DNA of 64,000 nucleotides from assembly GCF_963921235.1 (NCBI RefSeq), contig NC_086109.1:13084001-13148000 (forward strand), read 5' to 3'. The notes under the pieces were generated by a model that was not told the origin of the DNA, did no database searches, and saw nothing but the letters and a program-made list of their open reading frames with translations. Position 1 is the stretch's first letter. Each line of letters begins with the position of its first letter. The translations under genes were made by a program, and so were the position numbers. Positions 13,821 through 28,523 of the stretch are shown here, piece by piece. The stretch comes from Mobula hypostoma (lineage: Eukaryota).

Positions 13821-14338
13821 TGTATGATTCTGATATGTGAATTTGTACCCTAGTTTATTATAGTTTCAAGCTTGATAAAATTTTTCACAAATTTACTGTA
13901 AGCATAAGGGATTCTGATTAATATACTGTATGTTCTTTTATTTCTAAAGTTTTGTTGATTGGTTTCCAAATGTTTCCACTATTTGCAAGATTAAACACGA
14001 GTCCTTGAGAGGAAGTAATATCTATGCTATGTGCTGTTGTATTGAGTGAGTTCCAAAATGAGATAGAAGAAAAGATTGTATCTACAAATTATTTTATGAT
14101 AGCTACGTGTTATCTAACTGGAAGCAGATATTAACATTCAAAGCCCTCTTTTATTCACCATAGCTAGTTAATGAATGGAGACCTACAAAACAGATAGTTA
14201 AATGTTTCGTGATTATTCAGATAAGATTGCTTGTACATCATCTAGTTCATTGGATATTAGTATATTTTTGTTGTAAAATTGTCAGTAATTTTACATTTAC
14301 TTTTGTAACATCAACTTTTCTGTCCCTTTCTGTTGCAG

Positions 14339-14480
14339 AATCATTCATGAAGATGGGTACTCTGAAGAGGAGTGCAAGCAATATAAAGCAGTGGTTTACA
14401 GCAATACAATTCAGTCTATTATTGCTATCATCAGGGCTATGGGACGGTTGAAAGTTGATTTTGGCGACCCATCAAGAGCT
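14339..14480 (+). CDS. GNAI3: GNAI3 exon 3 (142 bp) [47 protein letters not shown]
   Basis: tgttgcag acceptor, gtgagt donor, manual translation. Confidence 0.97.
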
Positions 14481-15372
14481 GTGAGTTTCTTTAATATTCT
14501 TTTGCACTAATAAACCAAAGTACTTTGGGGATACATACTGTAAAATAAATATTATAGCTGTATTTTTGATGTTCTTGGGGAAAATATACTAAAAGTAAGT
14601 TTGTTTACTGCATTTAAAATGTCTTAATAGGAGCACATGTATGGAGGACATGGCTTGATTGTGAGGGTGCAATCAAGCTGTCATTTTGTTTACTGTAACC
14701 AAGTAGATTGCTGACACTCGCTGTATAAATAATGGTACTTTTGCTTATGGTGCCAGAGAACAGCAGCTTTGAAATCTTACTCAGGAGTGAATATAAACTA
14801 TGAAAAGGAGAAAATTGCTGTTGATTTCTAGGACATAATGAGAAAAACTCTTAATTTCCACCTTTCTGAAAATTGTTGGAAATATTGTGTTGTCTAGCTG
14901 CATCTATAAATTTAGGAACAGAAATAAGTAATTCTTAAAGTATTGGATAAGTTCATGATGGCACCGTTCAATTTTCTCCTTGAGGTTTTCAAATTAGCAC
15001 AATTTGTATTTAATATTTTATGGGGCAACTGAAGAGAGGTTAAATATTGGCAGTTGGTGTTACTTGATCAAATCTAGAGGTTGGCCATTAGATATTTAAG
15101 GCACTCAAAGCCTGTGTTTTTTCAATTTTGCCGCTGGGGAAAAAATGTATTATTGTTGCCATTTTGTCATTAACTGTTTTTGGCCACAAATTTAAATTTT
15201 TAAATATTGCCTGAAGGTGTACAATTAATTTAGCAAATACATTTTGCTGTTCTATGGTATGTTATATTGAATAATATAAAAATAAAGTATTTATTTAATT
15301 GTTCAAATGAACTTGAGTAATATGTGCTTGAGAAATTTCTTGTCACCTTAAAAGCATTTTGTTTGTATGTAG

Positions 15373-15530
15373 GATGATGCTCGCCAATTGTTTATCCTAG
15401 CAGGGACTACAGAGGAAGGGATCATGACAGCAGAATTAGCAGGAGTTATCAAACGGTTGTGGCAAGATAGTGGTGTTCAGGCTTGTTTTGGTAGATCAAG
15501 AGAATATCAACTGAATGACTCTGCATCGTA
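15373..15530 (+). CDS. GNAI3: GNAI3 exon 4 (158 bp) [52 protein letters not shown]
   Basis: tgtag acceptor, gtaagt donor, manual translation. Confidence 0.97.
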
Positions 15531-16477
15531 GTAAGTTTTTACAGCTAAAATATTAGCCACTTCTTCACAGATAATTTACTGTTGTGTTCACCCTTTGGTA
15601 TTTATCACATCCACCTGATAGAGATTAAACAGATCTTGATTACCATCGAGAGTGAATAACAGCCAGCTCCCATCTGTTTGAAGTTTGTAAAACTGCTTAC
15701 TAGTCTTGTTGCTTTTATTCAGAATATGAATACTGCTTAGATTATACTTCAATCATGATCTCTCTTCATACTGAAGTGTTTGGAACCACCGATTTTTACA
15801 CTTTACTCCACCATATCCCAACCCCTTTGGACGATCTCTTGGCCAATGTTCTTCCATAGATAGCTAAAAACAAGAACTGTCTTGCTTATTTTTGCAATTT
15901 TGCTGTTAGTGCTGACTGTTGTGTTTGTCTATATTTTAATAATCATTAGCTATGTACCTTGAACATCCTTTGCAAATTTCATAAAATATATAAGTAGTCT
16001 TTAACTCATTGACCACCTTTCCAGAGACAGGTGATGGTTGCTCCAAAGCACAAACAAGTTACTTTCCAAATTGCCTTGTTTTATTATATTTGGTTAATCA
16101 GAGCCCATCTTTTTGATTGCCAATTCACTTGAAGTTTTATTTTGTGTGTATAATAATGGTGTACTTAATTTGATAAGTAATGTTGGTTACTGAAAGTCAG
16201 TTTCACCCCACTGTTTAACAGCTATAAATGGTTGACTCTGATGTGTAAATTACCATGAAGCATTGGCACCATTAGCAGCTCTAACTATAATAGCAGAGCT
16301 GCAAATAAATGAAACTCAGATGAGTATCATTTAATAATGTGTTGTCAGTTTCATCAGAGGTAGAAGCAGCAAGTGTTATAAGGAACTTGCTGTTCTGAAA
16401 AATATTTTGAAAATCATAACATGACCAAGAACTTGATCTATTTTTTTTAAACTACCTTTCCTTAATTTTGAAGATAG

Positions 16478-16720
16478 AGCACCACAGTAATGTAGCAGTT
16501 AGTGGAAAATTATTACTGCTCAGGGCACCAGAGTTCAACTCAGTAAGAAAATTTGTGTGTTCGTCCCATGAGTGTGTGGGTTTCCTCCCACGTTCCAAAG
16601 GCTTACTGGTGAGTAGGCTTATTGGTCGTTGTAAATTGTCCTGTAATTAGTCTAGGGCTAAATAGGTGAGTTACTGTGCAGTGTGGTTCACTGGGCTGGA
16701 AGAGCCTGTTCCATGCTGCA
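16478..16720 (+). mobile_element. V-SINE/HE1-like SINE
   Basis: gtgtgtgggtttcctcccacgttccaaag core; similar to copies at 20395 and 45530. Confidence 0.65.
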
Positions 16721-17206
16721 AAAATATCTAGAAATGGAGTAATGATAATTTCAAGTGAATAGCTATAGCTATTTATCTCTTGCAGTCAATTAAAATGAAC
16801 ACTTAAAGCATCATCTGTTTAGAAGCACAGGAATTTCTGTAGTGAGTCTTTCACACTTGCAGTTTATATAATTTGATGGAAGGATGTGGTACCCCAAATA
16901 GGTTCTACATTTTGCATTCCAGTCCCCTGCCAGGTCTCATTTGAATCTAAAGTGCATCCTCTTTTAATCAATGTGGATGAATTTCCCAGGGCCCACAACC
17001 GTTATCGTACTGACTTTTGGCTAATTAGTACCAGCTTTGTTGATTTATTTGGTGGATTGTTGCATTTTGTCTTACCACTTAAAGATTTCATCAGCATATA
17101 TTCTCTGCAATTAATGCTGATCAAATTGGAAAGTAACTGGTGCTTAGAAGTGCAGAATTGATGGTGGGAGTTGGATTTGATTTTGTTTACTTCATTTTTT
17201 TTTTAG

Positions 17207-17335
17207 TTATTTGAATGATGTGGATAGAATATCCTTACAAAGCTACGTCCCAACTCAACAAGATGTCTTGAGGACCAGAGTGAAAACCACGGGTATAGTG
17301 GAGACACACTTTACCTTCAAAGAGCTATATTTTAA
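17207..17335 (+). CDS. GNAI3: GNAI3 exon 5 (129 bp) [42 protein letters not shown], switch I
   Basis: poly-T ag acceptor, gtgagt donor, RVKTTG motif. Confidence 0.97.
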
Positions 17336-18658
17336 GTGAGTAATATTGTTCTTAATCAAAGTGTACATTATTATTATCAACCATAAATGTAGCTTTCTTT
17401 TGGTCATACAGAGTCAAGTTAATCCTGATTTTTCTTTAATTGTCATTATAATTATAACCAGACTGGACTTTACCACTCTGGTACTTCTCATAATGAGGCT
17501 AATTGATTTTATTTTTACTCCTGATCAGGCTAAATGATATGTAATGATAAATGTCTTGGCCAGGGCTCCAAACACATTGGATTATCTTTTCATGAGAGAA
17601 AGGAAAAAAGTAGAAGAATGAATAACAAAGGAGGAACACATAGAAGTATCCTAAAGAGGCTGGATTTATTTAAAAGCAAAGTTACCAGTAGGGGACCATA
17701 TTATAACAAAAGCTGATTGTGACATTTAGTGTTTGAAAATAAATCCTTGCCAGGTTAAGTGTATGTATTGTACAACCATTTGTAATGCATTGGGTAGACA
17801 ACTGACAGCCCACCCAAAGTATGGAGAAATTGATGAATGGGAAAAGACCATGTCCTATCAGGTTTGCCTTTTATAATTAATGATACAAAGATAATTGAGT
17901 ATACAGGAGATCCAGAAATAACTAGAGGGGAAATGGGAGAACCAACAAAACTGCAACTGTCCACAGTTAATCTTTTTTTTAAAAAAAGCAAACTATCCTG
18001 TGAAAAAATATAATTTACATTTGAATCAAGGCACCTGTGGAAACCTGAAAATTATTGCTTTGTGACATCAGGAAACTGGATGGTAAGAGTGACAGAAAAA
18101 AATGATCAAAATTATAAATTTTTTAAAAACTGAAATTAAATAACAACCTGTAGCAGTTCCTTTTCTGAATATCTTGTCACCTTGGGACTAGGCATTTCAT
18201 TAAAGTTTTCATGGCATAATTTTAGAACTTTTACGAGATGCTTTTGACTTAACTTTAACTTATTTCCTCCAAGAGCCTTGCCAATTTCCTTGAGCTAAGC
18301 ATGATCAAGATCCTATATAAATCTAGAATTGCCTCGTTAGTTTAAATCTCCTTTCCCAAATGTACATGTTAAGATTACACTAGTACAGTGCCAGGATGGC
18401 AATAAATACTTACAGTATGTAATCATAATAAAAGAATTTCAAGATGAAAGTTTCTTTGTATATTCAACTTTGGAATGTATTGCATAGAATTCCAATGAGC
18501 TGTAAGGATTGTATTATGATTATATAAACTTGCAGCATAAGATGTGTTCTAAAGTATTAAAGTGCAACAATGTCCTGTTGACTTCCTGGTGTTTGAGAGG
18601 ATTTTTTTTCTGAGATCAAAATATTAGTTGTTTTTATTTGTTGCATTAAATAATCTAA

Positions 18659-18898
<240 letters not shown>

Positions 18899-20394
18899 TG
18901 AAAATCCAAGACTCTGTCTTTAAAGGATTTTGCAAACTGGCTGTGACATTGGAATTTCACTTTAGTTTACAAGGTTACTTATTAAAGTGGCTGAATTGAC
19001 TGGTTAGAAAATACTAAGGACATGCATTTAAAACATTGCTCTTAATCAAGAAAGCAACAATAATTCTTGATTGGAGTATCAACTGATCTTGTACAACTAA
19101 TCACCTTACAGATAATGGGCAGCTTGTGTCAAGAGTTAAAAGGGCTGTATATAATCAGAAATGCATGAGGTGATAGTGTATTTAGAAAAAAAATACACTT
19201 CAGAAATGAATGTAGATTATATCACATGCTGAGTGAAAAACCTAATTCCTTTTAATGCATATCAAGATCCAAATGGCATCAGTTTATCAAAAATAATACT
19301 TTAAAGGTGATAATTTAAAAGAAATAGAATTCTGACTAGAGGGTGAGGTTAGTAACATTTGATGTATTTTAATAGAATATTAAATGTGCATTAGGGTAAC
19401 TCAGTGATTTTGTGATCTAAAAAGATTACAAAATATGAATAGTTTGTATCTTTATATTCTAAGTGTTGTGCTAAAGTTGCATATTTTAAAATACAGTTGT
19501 GATTTGAGTACACAGAACTTTGAAACTGTGTATATTCTGCACTGTGAATTATACCATGGGTATTTATATAATTAAAATATAAATTTATTTGAGTGTTTTA
19601 TTGTGTATAAAGAACCAAAATTAAGTTTTAAGTATCTATATTAGGGATATCCTATATTCTTGGGATCTCAAATCTCTGATCAAAACGAGTCTTAATGACT
19701 TTTATAATGTAAGTTGTCCATATTAAAGGCAAAGGAAATGGCAAATTTTCTACTACATACTTAATACATTAACCCATGAACAAATGCAAAATCGTTCTTT
19801 TTTAGGAGATCACTATTATACCCCATTTTTAAGCCTGCAAGTATTTTGCCTAATTAGTCCATGCTTAAGTTGATGCTGTACTTGAGCCTCTCTTTCTCAT
19901 CAAGATCTACAATGCAAGATCTTTATTCTTGTATCACACATACTTTTTTCCATTTCCCCTTGCTTGCATCTGCTTTACATACTTCCACTACTCCCTGAGG
20001 CAATTAGTTCCATATTGTAAAGGCATATTGGAATTCCTGAAGGTTACTTTTATTGGAAGAATAAGGTGTGACTTCTTGGCCTCCTCTCCTTTCAGCATGT
20101 TCATCCTTTTTTGATTGCAAACTCTCACTTCTGTTACTATCTTTACTATCTTCCTGTACCTTCTCCACTGTCTGTGTCCTTTCATAATAATGCAAACAAC
20201 GTTTGACTTTGTAATATGTGTATCAGCTCCCCGACATCCTTTTTTGTTCCTTTCTTGCTTACAGTTGTTCCTTCCAGGTAATGAGTCCTAATTATTCATC
20301 CACCCAAAATGGAACAATCTTGCATTTATCTGTTTGACCTTGTCTGCCAATCCTGCAGGTGCATGAATGTCCTCTTGTAATATTTATTTATTTT

Positions 20395-20660
20395 TTGAGA
20401 TGCAGAGCATAATAGGCCTTTCTAGCCCTTCAAGTCGCGCCACCCAGCAATCCCCTGATTTAATCCTAACCTAATCATGGGACAATTTACAACAACCAAT
20501 TAGCTTACTAACTGGTACATCTTTGGATTGTGGGAGAAAACCAGAGTACCCAGAGGAAATCCACTTGGCAAAGGGGAGAACATACAAACTTCCTGTAGGC
20601 AGAGGTGGGAAATGAAGCTGGGTCGCTAGTGCTGTAAAGCATTGTGCTAACCACTATGCC
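20395..20660 (-). mobile_element. V-SINE/HE1-like SINE
   Basis: tgtgggagaaaaccagagtacccagaggaaatccac is the reverse complement of the V-domain core. Confidence 0.75.
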
Positions 20661-21481
20661 CCTGTTGCAGTGCACCTTTATACATAATAATTGCTCTCCA
20701 GCTTGACAATATCTGTAATTCCAAAATTAAATCAGTGGTTATTTATAAATAGTATTTGCAAAAAAGTAAATGCTTTCAAAGCCCTCTGTTGAAGCCCATG
20801 CTGACTATGCATGTTCATGTCCGATGTAGGAACAATTCATTATTTTGCTTACCACTGTAAAGATAACTGGTCTGCAATTTTTCTCAATGCATGTTGTTCC
20901 CATTCTTAAATATAGAGAATGTGTTAGCCATTCTGTGGCAGTATACATATTTCTAAAGAGTTATTAAATGTGTAGAAATAGCTGTGCAAGTCTTTAGCTT
21001 CTTTATAAATGCATTGATGTAATCCATTGGCTTGGGCAGCTCTTGCGGTCTTGGTTTTTAACTTTGGTTTAGTTTTTCATTCCCTTTTTGGATTTTAAAT
21101 ATCTGCATTAAGGAGTGGGAGCTGGAACTGGATAAACTCCTGATCATTAGGGAGGCTGAAAGAGTGAGAATTCTGAAGAATGAAATGGTGAAAGGCCTTG
21201 ATAGAGTGGATGTGGAAAGGATGTTGCCAGAGGTCACAGCCTCAGAATAGAGGGCTGTCATTTTAGAAAGGAGACAAGAAATTTCTTTAGCCAGGGTCAT
21301 GAATCTGTGGACTACTTTGCCACAGGCAGCTGTGGAGGACAAGTCTTTATGTACAGTGTATCTAAGGCAGAGGTTGATAGATTCTTGTTTGGTCAGGGCA
21401 TGAAGGTATATTATATGGGGCGAAGGCAGAAGATTGGGGCTGAGAGGAAAATTGGATCAGCCATGATATGGTGGAGCACAC

Positions 21482-22708
21482 TCAAGTCAAGTCAAGTTTA
21501 TTGTCATTTCGACCATAAGCTGCTGGTACAGTACACAGTAAAAACGAAACAGAGTTCCTCCAGGACCCTGGTGCTACATGAAACAACATAAAACTACACT
21601 AGACTATGTGAGATAGCACAAGGCTACACTAGACTACGTAAAACAACATAAAAACTGCACTAGACTACAGACCTGCACAGGACTACATAAAGTGCACAAA
21701 ACAGTGCAGGGTGATACAATAATTAATAAACAAGACAATATGCACAGTAGAGGACAAATTACAATATAATAATAAATGATGTAGATGTCAGTCTAGACTC
21801 TGAATATTGAGGAGTCTGATGGCTTGGGGGAAGAAACTGTTGCACAGTCTGGTCGTGAGAGCCCGAATGCTTCAGTACCTTTTTCCAGATGGCAGGAGGG
21901 AGAAGAGTTTGTGTGAGAGGTGCGTGGGGTCCTTCACAATACTGTTAGCTTTGCGGGTGCAGCGTGTGGTGTAAATGTCTGTAATAGTGGGGAGAGAGAC
22001 CCCGATCTTTTCAGCTGACCTCACTATCCGCTGCGGGGTCTTGCTATCCGAGACGGTGCAATTCCTGAACCAAGTAGTGATGAAGCTGCTCAGGATGCTG
22101 TCGATACATCCTCTGTAGACTGTGGTGAGGATGGGGGGGTGGGAGATGGACTTTTTTCAGCCTTCGCAGAAGTAGAGACGCTGCTGGGCTTTGTTGGCTA
22201 TGGAGCTGGTGTTGAGAGACCAGGTGAGATTCTGCGCCGGGTGAACACCAAGAAATTTGGTGCTCTTAACGATCTCAACGGAGGAGCCATCAATGTTCAA
22301 TGGAGAGTGGTCGCTCTGTGTTCTCCTTAAGTCAATAACCATCTCTTTTGTTCACATTCAGAGACAGGTTGTTGGTTCTGCACCAGTCCGTTAGCCGCTG
22401 CACCTTCTCTCTGTATGTTGACTAGTCATTCTTGCTGATGAGACCCACCACGGTCATGTCATCGGCAAACTTGATGATGTGATTCAAGCTGTGTATTGCT
22501 GCACAGTCGTGGGTCAGCAGACTGAACAGCAGTGGACTAAGCACATAGCCCGGGGGGGCGGGGGGGGGGCCATGCTCAGTATGATGGTGTTGGAGATGCT
22601 GCTCCCCATCCGGACTGACTAATGTCTCCCAGTCTGGAAATCTAGGATCCAGTTGCAGAGGGAGGTGTTCAGGCCCAGCAGTTTCAGCTTTCCAATCAGA
22701 TGCTGAGG
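21482..22708 (-). mobile_element. Rex-Babar-like LINE 3' part, inserted into a CR1 3' remnant (about 21165-21481 and 22709-22755)
   Basis: KFLGVH...KAQQRLYF; (cttga)n tail; close relative of 52359-53076. Confidence 0.85.
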
Positions 22709-24613
22709 AATGAGCCAGTTGGCCTAATTCTGCTCCTATATCTTATGGTCTTATCTCATTATTCATCTTCTCTCCCAATGTCATATCATTGTAATGTCAG
22801 TGGTTGAATCTATTTTTTTAATTCTTTATGATGTTGATCCATGTGAATGTGATACTTGCTGTACTTGAGTCCCTTTTTCCTACTGTCATTGTTATTCCTA
22901 ACTCCATTGGTTTGTTTCCCCTTTCCTCTTTCTAAAAAGATGTTAGATTTATTTTCTTGGCCTGATTTTTTTTTTGTAAAATGCAAAACAAATGGTGGTG
23001 TAAGTAGAAATTAAAGATAAATATTGGAAGTACCTGGCAGATCAGGTGGATTTCAAGAGAGGAACAAAGTTAATTTTTCAGATCAATGACCTTCATTAGA
23101 ATCGAGTGTTTCAAGTTGAAAACATTGAATGTTTCTCTTCCCTGTACCTACCCTCATGCTGAATAATTAGACGACTTTCATTTTGCCCGTACCCATGCTT
23201 CATTAATCCTTGTCATGCCTGATTCCTTTCCAAAAATGTTCAATTTTGGCTTTCCTATGAATTTCTGAACAGTTGAACTCATTTTTAATGAATCCCCTCC
23301 ATTTAATTAATCAATGGACCTTCTTTCCACTAATGAATTTAATGTTCTTTTCTCCTTCCCAGTTTTATTTATCCTGGGTTGCTTGCATTTCTTGTAGATC
23401 CCTTTCCTCTTCTTGGTCTAAAGACTTATCCAGTGTTTATCCTTGCTGCTAGAGGATGGGTTCCATCTGTACAGCTTCTTCATATTATGGAACTGGTGTC
23501 AGTGTTCCAGGAAGTTAAGCTCCCTTTTCGCACAGCAGCATTCTAACTCTAAACTTCCTGATCTGCTTGTATGTCAATTTACATATGGCTTGGGCAGTAA
23601 TTCGGGGATTAACACTTTAAACCTTTACTTTTAGTTCAGAACTTGATGCATAATACACTTACAAATGGCTAAAATGGTTCCATTTATTATCGGAGAATGT
23701 ATACAGTACATAACCTGAAATACTTGTTTTTGCAGACATCCACTTAAAAACAGAACCCTAAAAGAATGAATGACAGAAAAACTTTAAAACCCCAAAGCCC
23801 CCTACACCCTCCTCCGCGCAAGCATCAACTTCCACCTCTCCTGCTCACTTCAGCAAAAAGCATTGCGCCCACCACCCACCCAGTAACAGCAAAGCACCCA
23901 GAGAGAGACCATGATCTACCATCAGAAAAAAACTATTGTTTACCCAACAGTTTGACATGCCACAGCCGTCTCTATCTCTCAATAACACAGGACAGAGAGA
24001 TAACAGCCATTTTCACAGCGAAAGGGGAGACTGACAGTTGCTGTTACAGTGGTTATAGTCACTTTTTATTTCAAGATTCCGGACTCGAGAATCAATAGCA
24101 AACTCTTTCTCCTCCACCCCCACCCCCCCCCGCCCCTATCATCAAGAGAGGGAGAGTGTGCAACTGCTCAACTACAAAGACCTCCGTCCAGACATCTGCA
24201 AAGTCCTGATGTTCCATCTCCCACAATGCCTCAGTCGGCAACATCGGCCTGGAATAGGTTGTCCTCAGAGAGTCTACCTTTAATTCTAGCAGCTCCACAA
24301 CAGCTGGATTTTTTTGCCCACACGTCAAGTTTCTGTTCAGCAGCTGTTGGGAATTTCTTACAATGCTAGGAGATAGAATTGTACATGGTTTGGGAATTCT
24401 TTGTGAATTTTACATGGTCTGTGAGGGAAGTGGGGAGACAAAGACTAAATTTAAAAGAAAATGTACCTGTTTCTAAAGAAATGTTTGGTCTAATTTTAGT
24501 GTGATATTTTAGCAAGTAACATTGTCCATTATTTCAATGGATTGAATTAATTCATTGAATTGGTAAATTAACCCAGAAAAGGATTAAAATGATCTCTGCA
24601 TTGTGTATTTTAA

Positions 24614-24811
<198 letters not shown>

Positions 24812-25015
24812 TAGAAATGTTTTGATCAAAGCTAGATTTCGTTGTCTACAATGTGTGATTTCATTAGTATATCATAACAGGGCATTTTCATGTGGTTTTT
24901 GTTGATCTACCTAAGCTTTGTTGAATGGCAGATAGCAATAAGTTAGTTACTGGCAAGACTTCTCGCAATTTTTAATAGTAAACCTTTGTATTTGATATCT
25001 TGATATTTCTTCCTC

Positions 25016-26127
25016 TATTGGGGGTAAGGTATTGGTGTGGGTGGAGAATTGGTTAGCAGACAGGAAGCAAAGAGTGGGAATAAACGGGACCTTTTCAGAA
25101 TGGCAGGCAGTGACAAGTGGGGTACTGCAAGGCTCAGTGCTGGGACCCCAGTTGTTTACAATATATATTAATGACTTGGATGAGGGAATTAAATGCGGCA
25201 TCTCCAAGTTTGCAGATGACACGAAGCTGGGTGGCAGTGTTAGCAGTGAGGAGGAGGCAGGGTGACTTGGATAGGTTGGGTGAGTGGACAAACTCATGGC
25301 AGATGCAATTTAATGTGGATAAATGTGAAGTTATCCACTTTGGTGGCAAAAATAGGAAAACAGATTATTATCTGAATGGTGGCCGATTAGGAAAAGGGGA
25401 GGTGCAACGAGACCTGGGTGTCATTATACACCAGTCATTGAAAGTGGGCATGCAGGTACAGCAGGCGGTGAAAAAGGCGAATGGTATGCTGGCATTTATA
25501 GCGAGAGGATTCGAGTACAGGAGCAGGGAGGCACTACTGCAGTTGTACAAGGCCTTGGTGAGACCACACCTGGAGTATTGTGTGCAGTTTTGGTCCCCTA
25601 ATCTGAGGAAAGACATCTTTGCCATAGAGGGAGTACAAAGAAGGTTCACCAGATTGATTCCTGGGATGGCAGGACTTTCATATGAAGAAAGACTGGATGA
25701 ACTGGGCTTGTACTCGTTGGAATTTAGAAGATTGAGGGGGGATCTGATTGAAACGTATAAGATCCTAAAGGGATTGGACAGGCTAGATGCAGGAAGATTG
25801 TTCCCGATGTTGGGGAAGTCCAGAACGAGGGGTCACAGTTTGAGGATAGAGGGGAAGCCTTTTAGGACCGAGATTAGGAAAAACTTCTTCACACAGAGAG
25901 TGGTGAATCTGTGGAATTCTCTGCCACGGGAAACTGTTGAGGCCAGTTCATTGGCTATATTTAAGAGGGAGTTAGATATGGCCCTTGTGGCTACAGGGGT
26001 CACGGGGTATGGAGGGAAGGCTGGTGCAGGGTTCTGAGTTGGATGATCAGCCATGATCATAATAAATGGCGGTGCAGGCTCGAATGGCCGAATGGCCTAC
26101 TCCTGCACCTATTTTCTATGTTTCTAT
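25016..26127 (+). mobile_element. Young 5'-truncated CR1 LINE in GNAI3 intron 7
   Basis: [37 protein letters not shown]; (ttctatgt)n tail; tctatt direct repeat at 25014-25019 and 26123-26128. Confidence 0.95.
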
Positions 26128-26167
26128 TCCAACCTGATTCAAAATAAACCAGTCACTTAATATTTAA

Positions 26168-26362
<195 letters not shown>

Positions 26363-27064
26363 AACATATTGACAGCATGCCCAGGTGAGAGCTTTGAGCT
26401 GACAGCAAACTTGCTACTTGCAAGCATTATATTGATTCATTGGAAGTGAATAGAATGAGAGCTGGAAATGATCAAACCTTTAAAAATAATGCATGCGGAA
26501 TGCACAGCTTAATTTTTTTCTCTTTATTCTCTTGATTTCAAACTGAACAAAATTATTGTTTTGTTAAAGGTTTTTGTTAATGTTGAAGAAAGCCTGCAAG
26601 AGGATCATCTTATTCCCTGGTTATGCTACCTGCCAAATGGAAAGAAACCCTGAAGAGATGTGACTGATGTCATGAGTCAAAACTGCATGCAAGATGGTTG
26701 TTTGATATAAATTGTTTTAAGGACTTTTACAATCGCCTTTTGGTCTGAAACAAATAAGTACATGTCTGAATTGATTGCCCCCCCCCCCCCACTGTGTTCA
26801 AGAAAGATATGTTCATAGTTGTTTTTCTTTTGAACATCTTTTAATATTTCAGTTGATTAACCAAGTGCTGATGAAATATTTGACTATTGGATTTCTCTGG
26901 GTGCCATTTCATTAAGTGTTCTGATGTTCATTTGTTGCCAGATATCTATTTTATGTATTTTATACCTTGAATTGTTGGAACTTGTTTTGCTACAAATAGT
27001 CATTTGCTTATTCTCAAGACCTTTAACCATATGTGAAATTCAAGCTCTTTGTATTTCTTGGTAG

Positions 27065-27590
27065 AACTGATGAATCTGCCCAGAAAAAGAGAACAGTTCT
27101 ACAGAGCACACTTTGTCTGCCAATGTTAATGTAAAATATTTGTCCATTTGTAAATCAGTGTTAAGGTCAACAAAATATAGTGATGTGATCCAGTATTTGT
27201 TTGGAATTAAGCAATGCCACTGAGAATTTAAGTGTTATCCATTGTTCAATTTGCCAAATATGACATATTTCAGGGCTAAGATCGGGCCAAACTTTCTAAA
27301 TGAATTGACCAATTTGATTAAGTAAATGCCCACTATGCTGCTCTACCTTACTGCTTTTGGTTGAGATTTTTGTGAATGCAGGGACTGCAATATGGAATTT
27401 GATTTTGAAATCATCAATTCCTCCTGTTGTTCCAGAATTTTAATAGAAACAGCCAGCTCATAAAGAACTTGGAAGATTTTAGTTGTGATTTGTGAAGTGG
27501 CATGATACTTCTATCACTTGATTATTTTTATAATGCTGCACTGCCGTGTAAACCACAACATGAAATAAAATCGTAGAAAGTAAAGCACTT
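27065..27590 (+). other. GNAI3: Candidate non-coding last exon (3' UTR) of GNAI3
   Basis: Donor CAG|GTGAGA at 26384/26385; candidate acceptor ctctttgtatttcttggtag ending 27064; AATAAA at 27564-27569. An alternative acceptor ends at 26852 and the end position is uncertain. Confidence 0.4.
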
Positions 27591-27996
27591 TAGTGAATTG
27601 TGTGCAAGGTTACTTATCCCAACAACATCACTCCAGTTTGTTATTACCCAATGGATGTCTATGTTCATGTTATAACCACAGGTAGTTGTGAGATTGGGAG
27701 GGAGAAGGAAACTAGTGCTTCTAATGTAAGCAAAAGCAACCCTTTACCTTCAAAATGATCCGGATTTATTATTTCCATCCTTTGTACACTGTAGTATGCA
27801 GTTAATTTTCTCAGAACTCTGTACAGCCTCTCAGACTTTGTTTTTGTTCACCGGACAGCATCAAATTTGCGGGAGAAAATGCACTGAAGAAATTACCCAT
27901 GTATTTGTGACACCTTTGATTGAATATTGAATCAGTGAGTGCTGTTAATCGTTTGTTAAATTCTGAGAAGTAAAAGCACAACAGCCTTTATGCCCA

Positions 27997-28523
27997 CACT
28001 CACAACACACTGGAGGAACTCAGCAGGTTGGGCAGCATCCGTGGAAACGATTAGTCAACGTTTCGGGCCGCAACCCTTCGTCAGGACTGAAGGGGGAAGG
28101 GGCAGAGGCCCTATAAAGAAGGTGGGGGGAGGGGGAGGGTGGGAAGGAGAAGGCTGGTAGGTTCCAGGTGAAAAACCAGTAAGGGGAAAGACAAAGTGGT
28201 GGGGGAGGAGAAGCAGGGAGGTGATAGGCAGGAATAGGGGAAAACACAATGGGTAGTAGGAGGCAGAACCATGAGGGAGGTGATAGACAGCTGGGGGAGG
28301 GGGCAGAGTGAAATAGAGGGATGGGGAGGGAATTACCGGAAGTTGGAGGATTCTATGTTCATACCAAGGGGCTGGAGACTACCTAGATGGTATATGAGGT
28401 GTTGCTCCTCCAACCTGGGTTTAGCCTCATCATGGCAGTAGAGGAGGCCATGTATGGACATATCCCAATGGGAATGTGAAGCAGAGTTGAAGTGGGTGGC
28501 AACCGGGAGATCGTGTCTGTCTA
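27997..28523 (-). mobile_element. Penelope-like element 3' fragment (GIY-YIG C-terminus plus pLTR)
   Basis: Minus strand encodes LEEQHLIYHLGSLQPLGMNIESSNFR*; hammerhead core; 8-bp TSD tatgccca at 27989-27996 and 28524-28531. Confidence 0.85.
28053..28088 (-). ncRNA. Minimal type-I hammerhead ribozyme motif
   Basis: AGUC-CUGACGA-A-GGG UUGCGG CCC-GAAAC-GUU-GACU: intact core, stem I AGUC/GACU, stem II, palindromic ACGU stem III. Confidence 0.75.

Noticed and set aside
21585..21690. CRISPR-like spaced repeats (actacactagactac; also about 52880-52970)
   Set aside because: Irregular short tandem units in the Rex-Babar 3' UTR, present in both copies; eukaryotic context with no cas genes.
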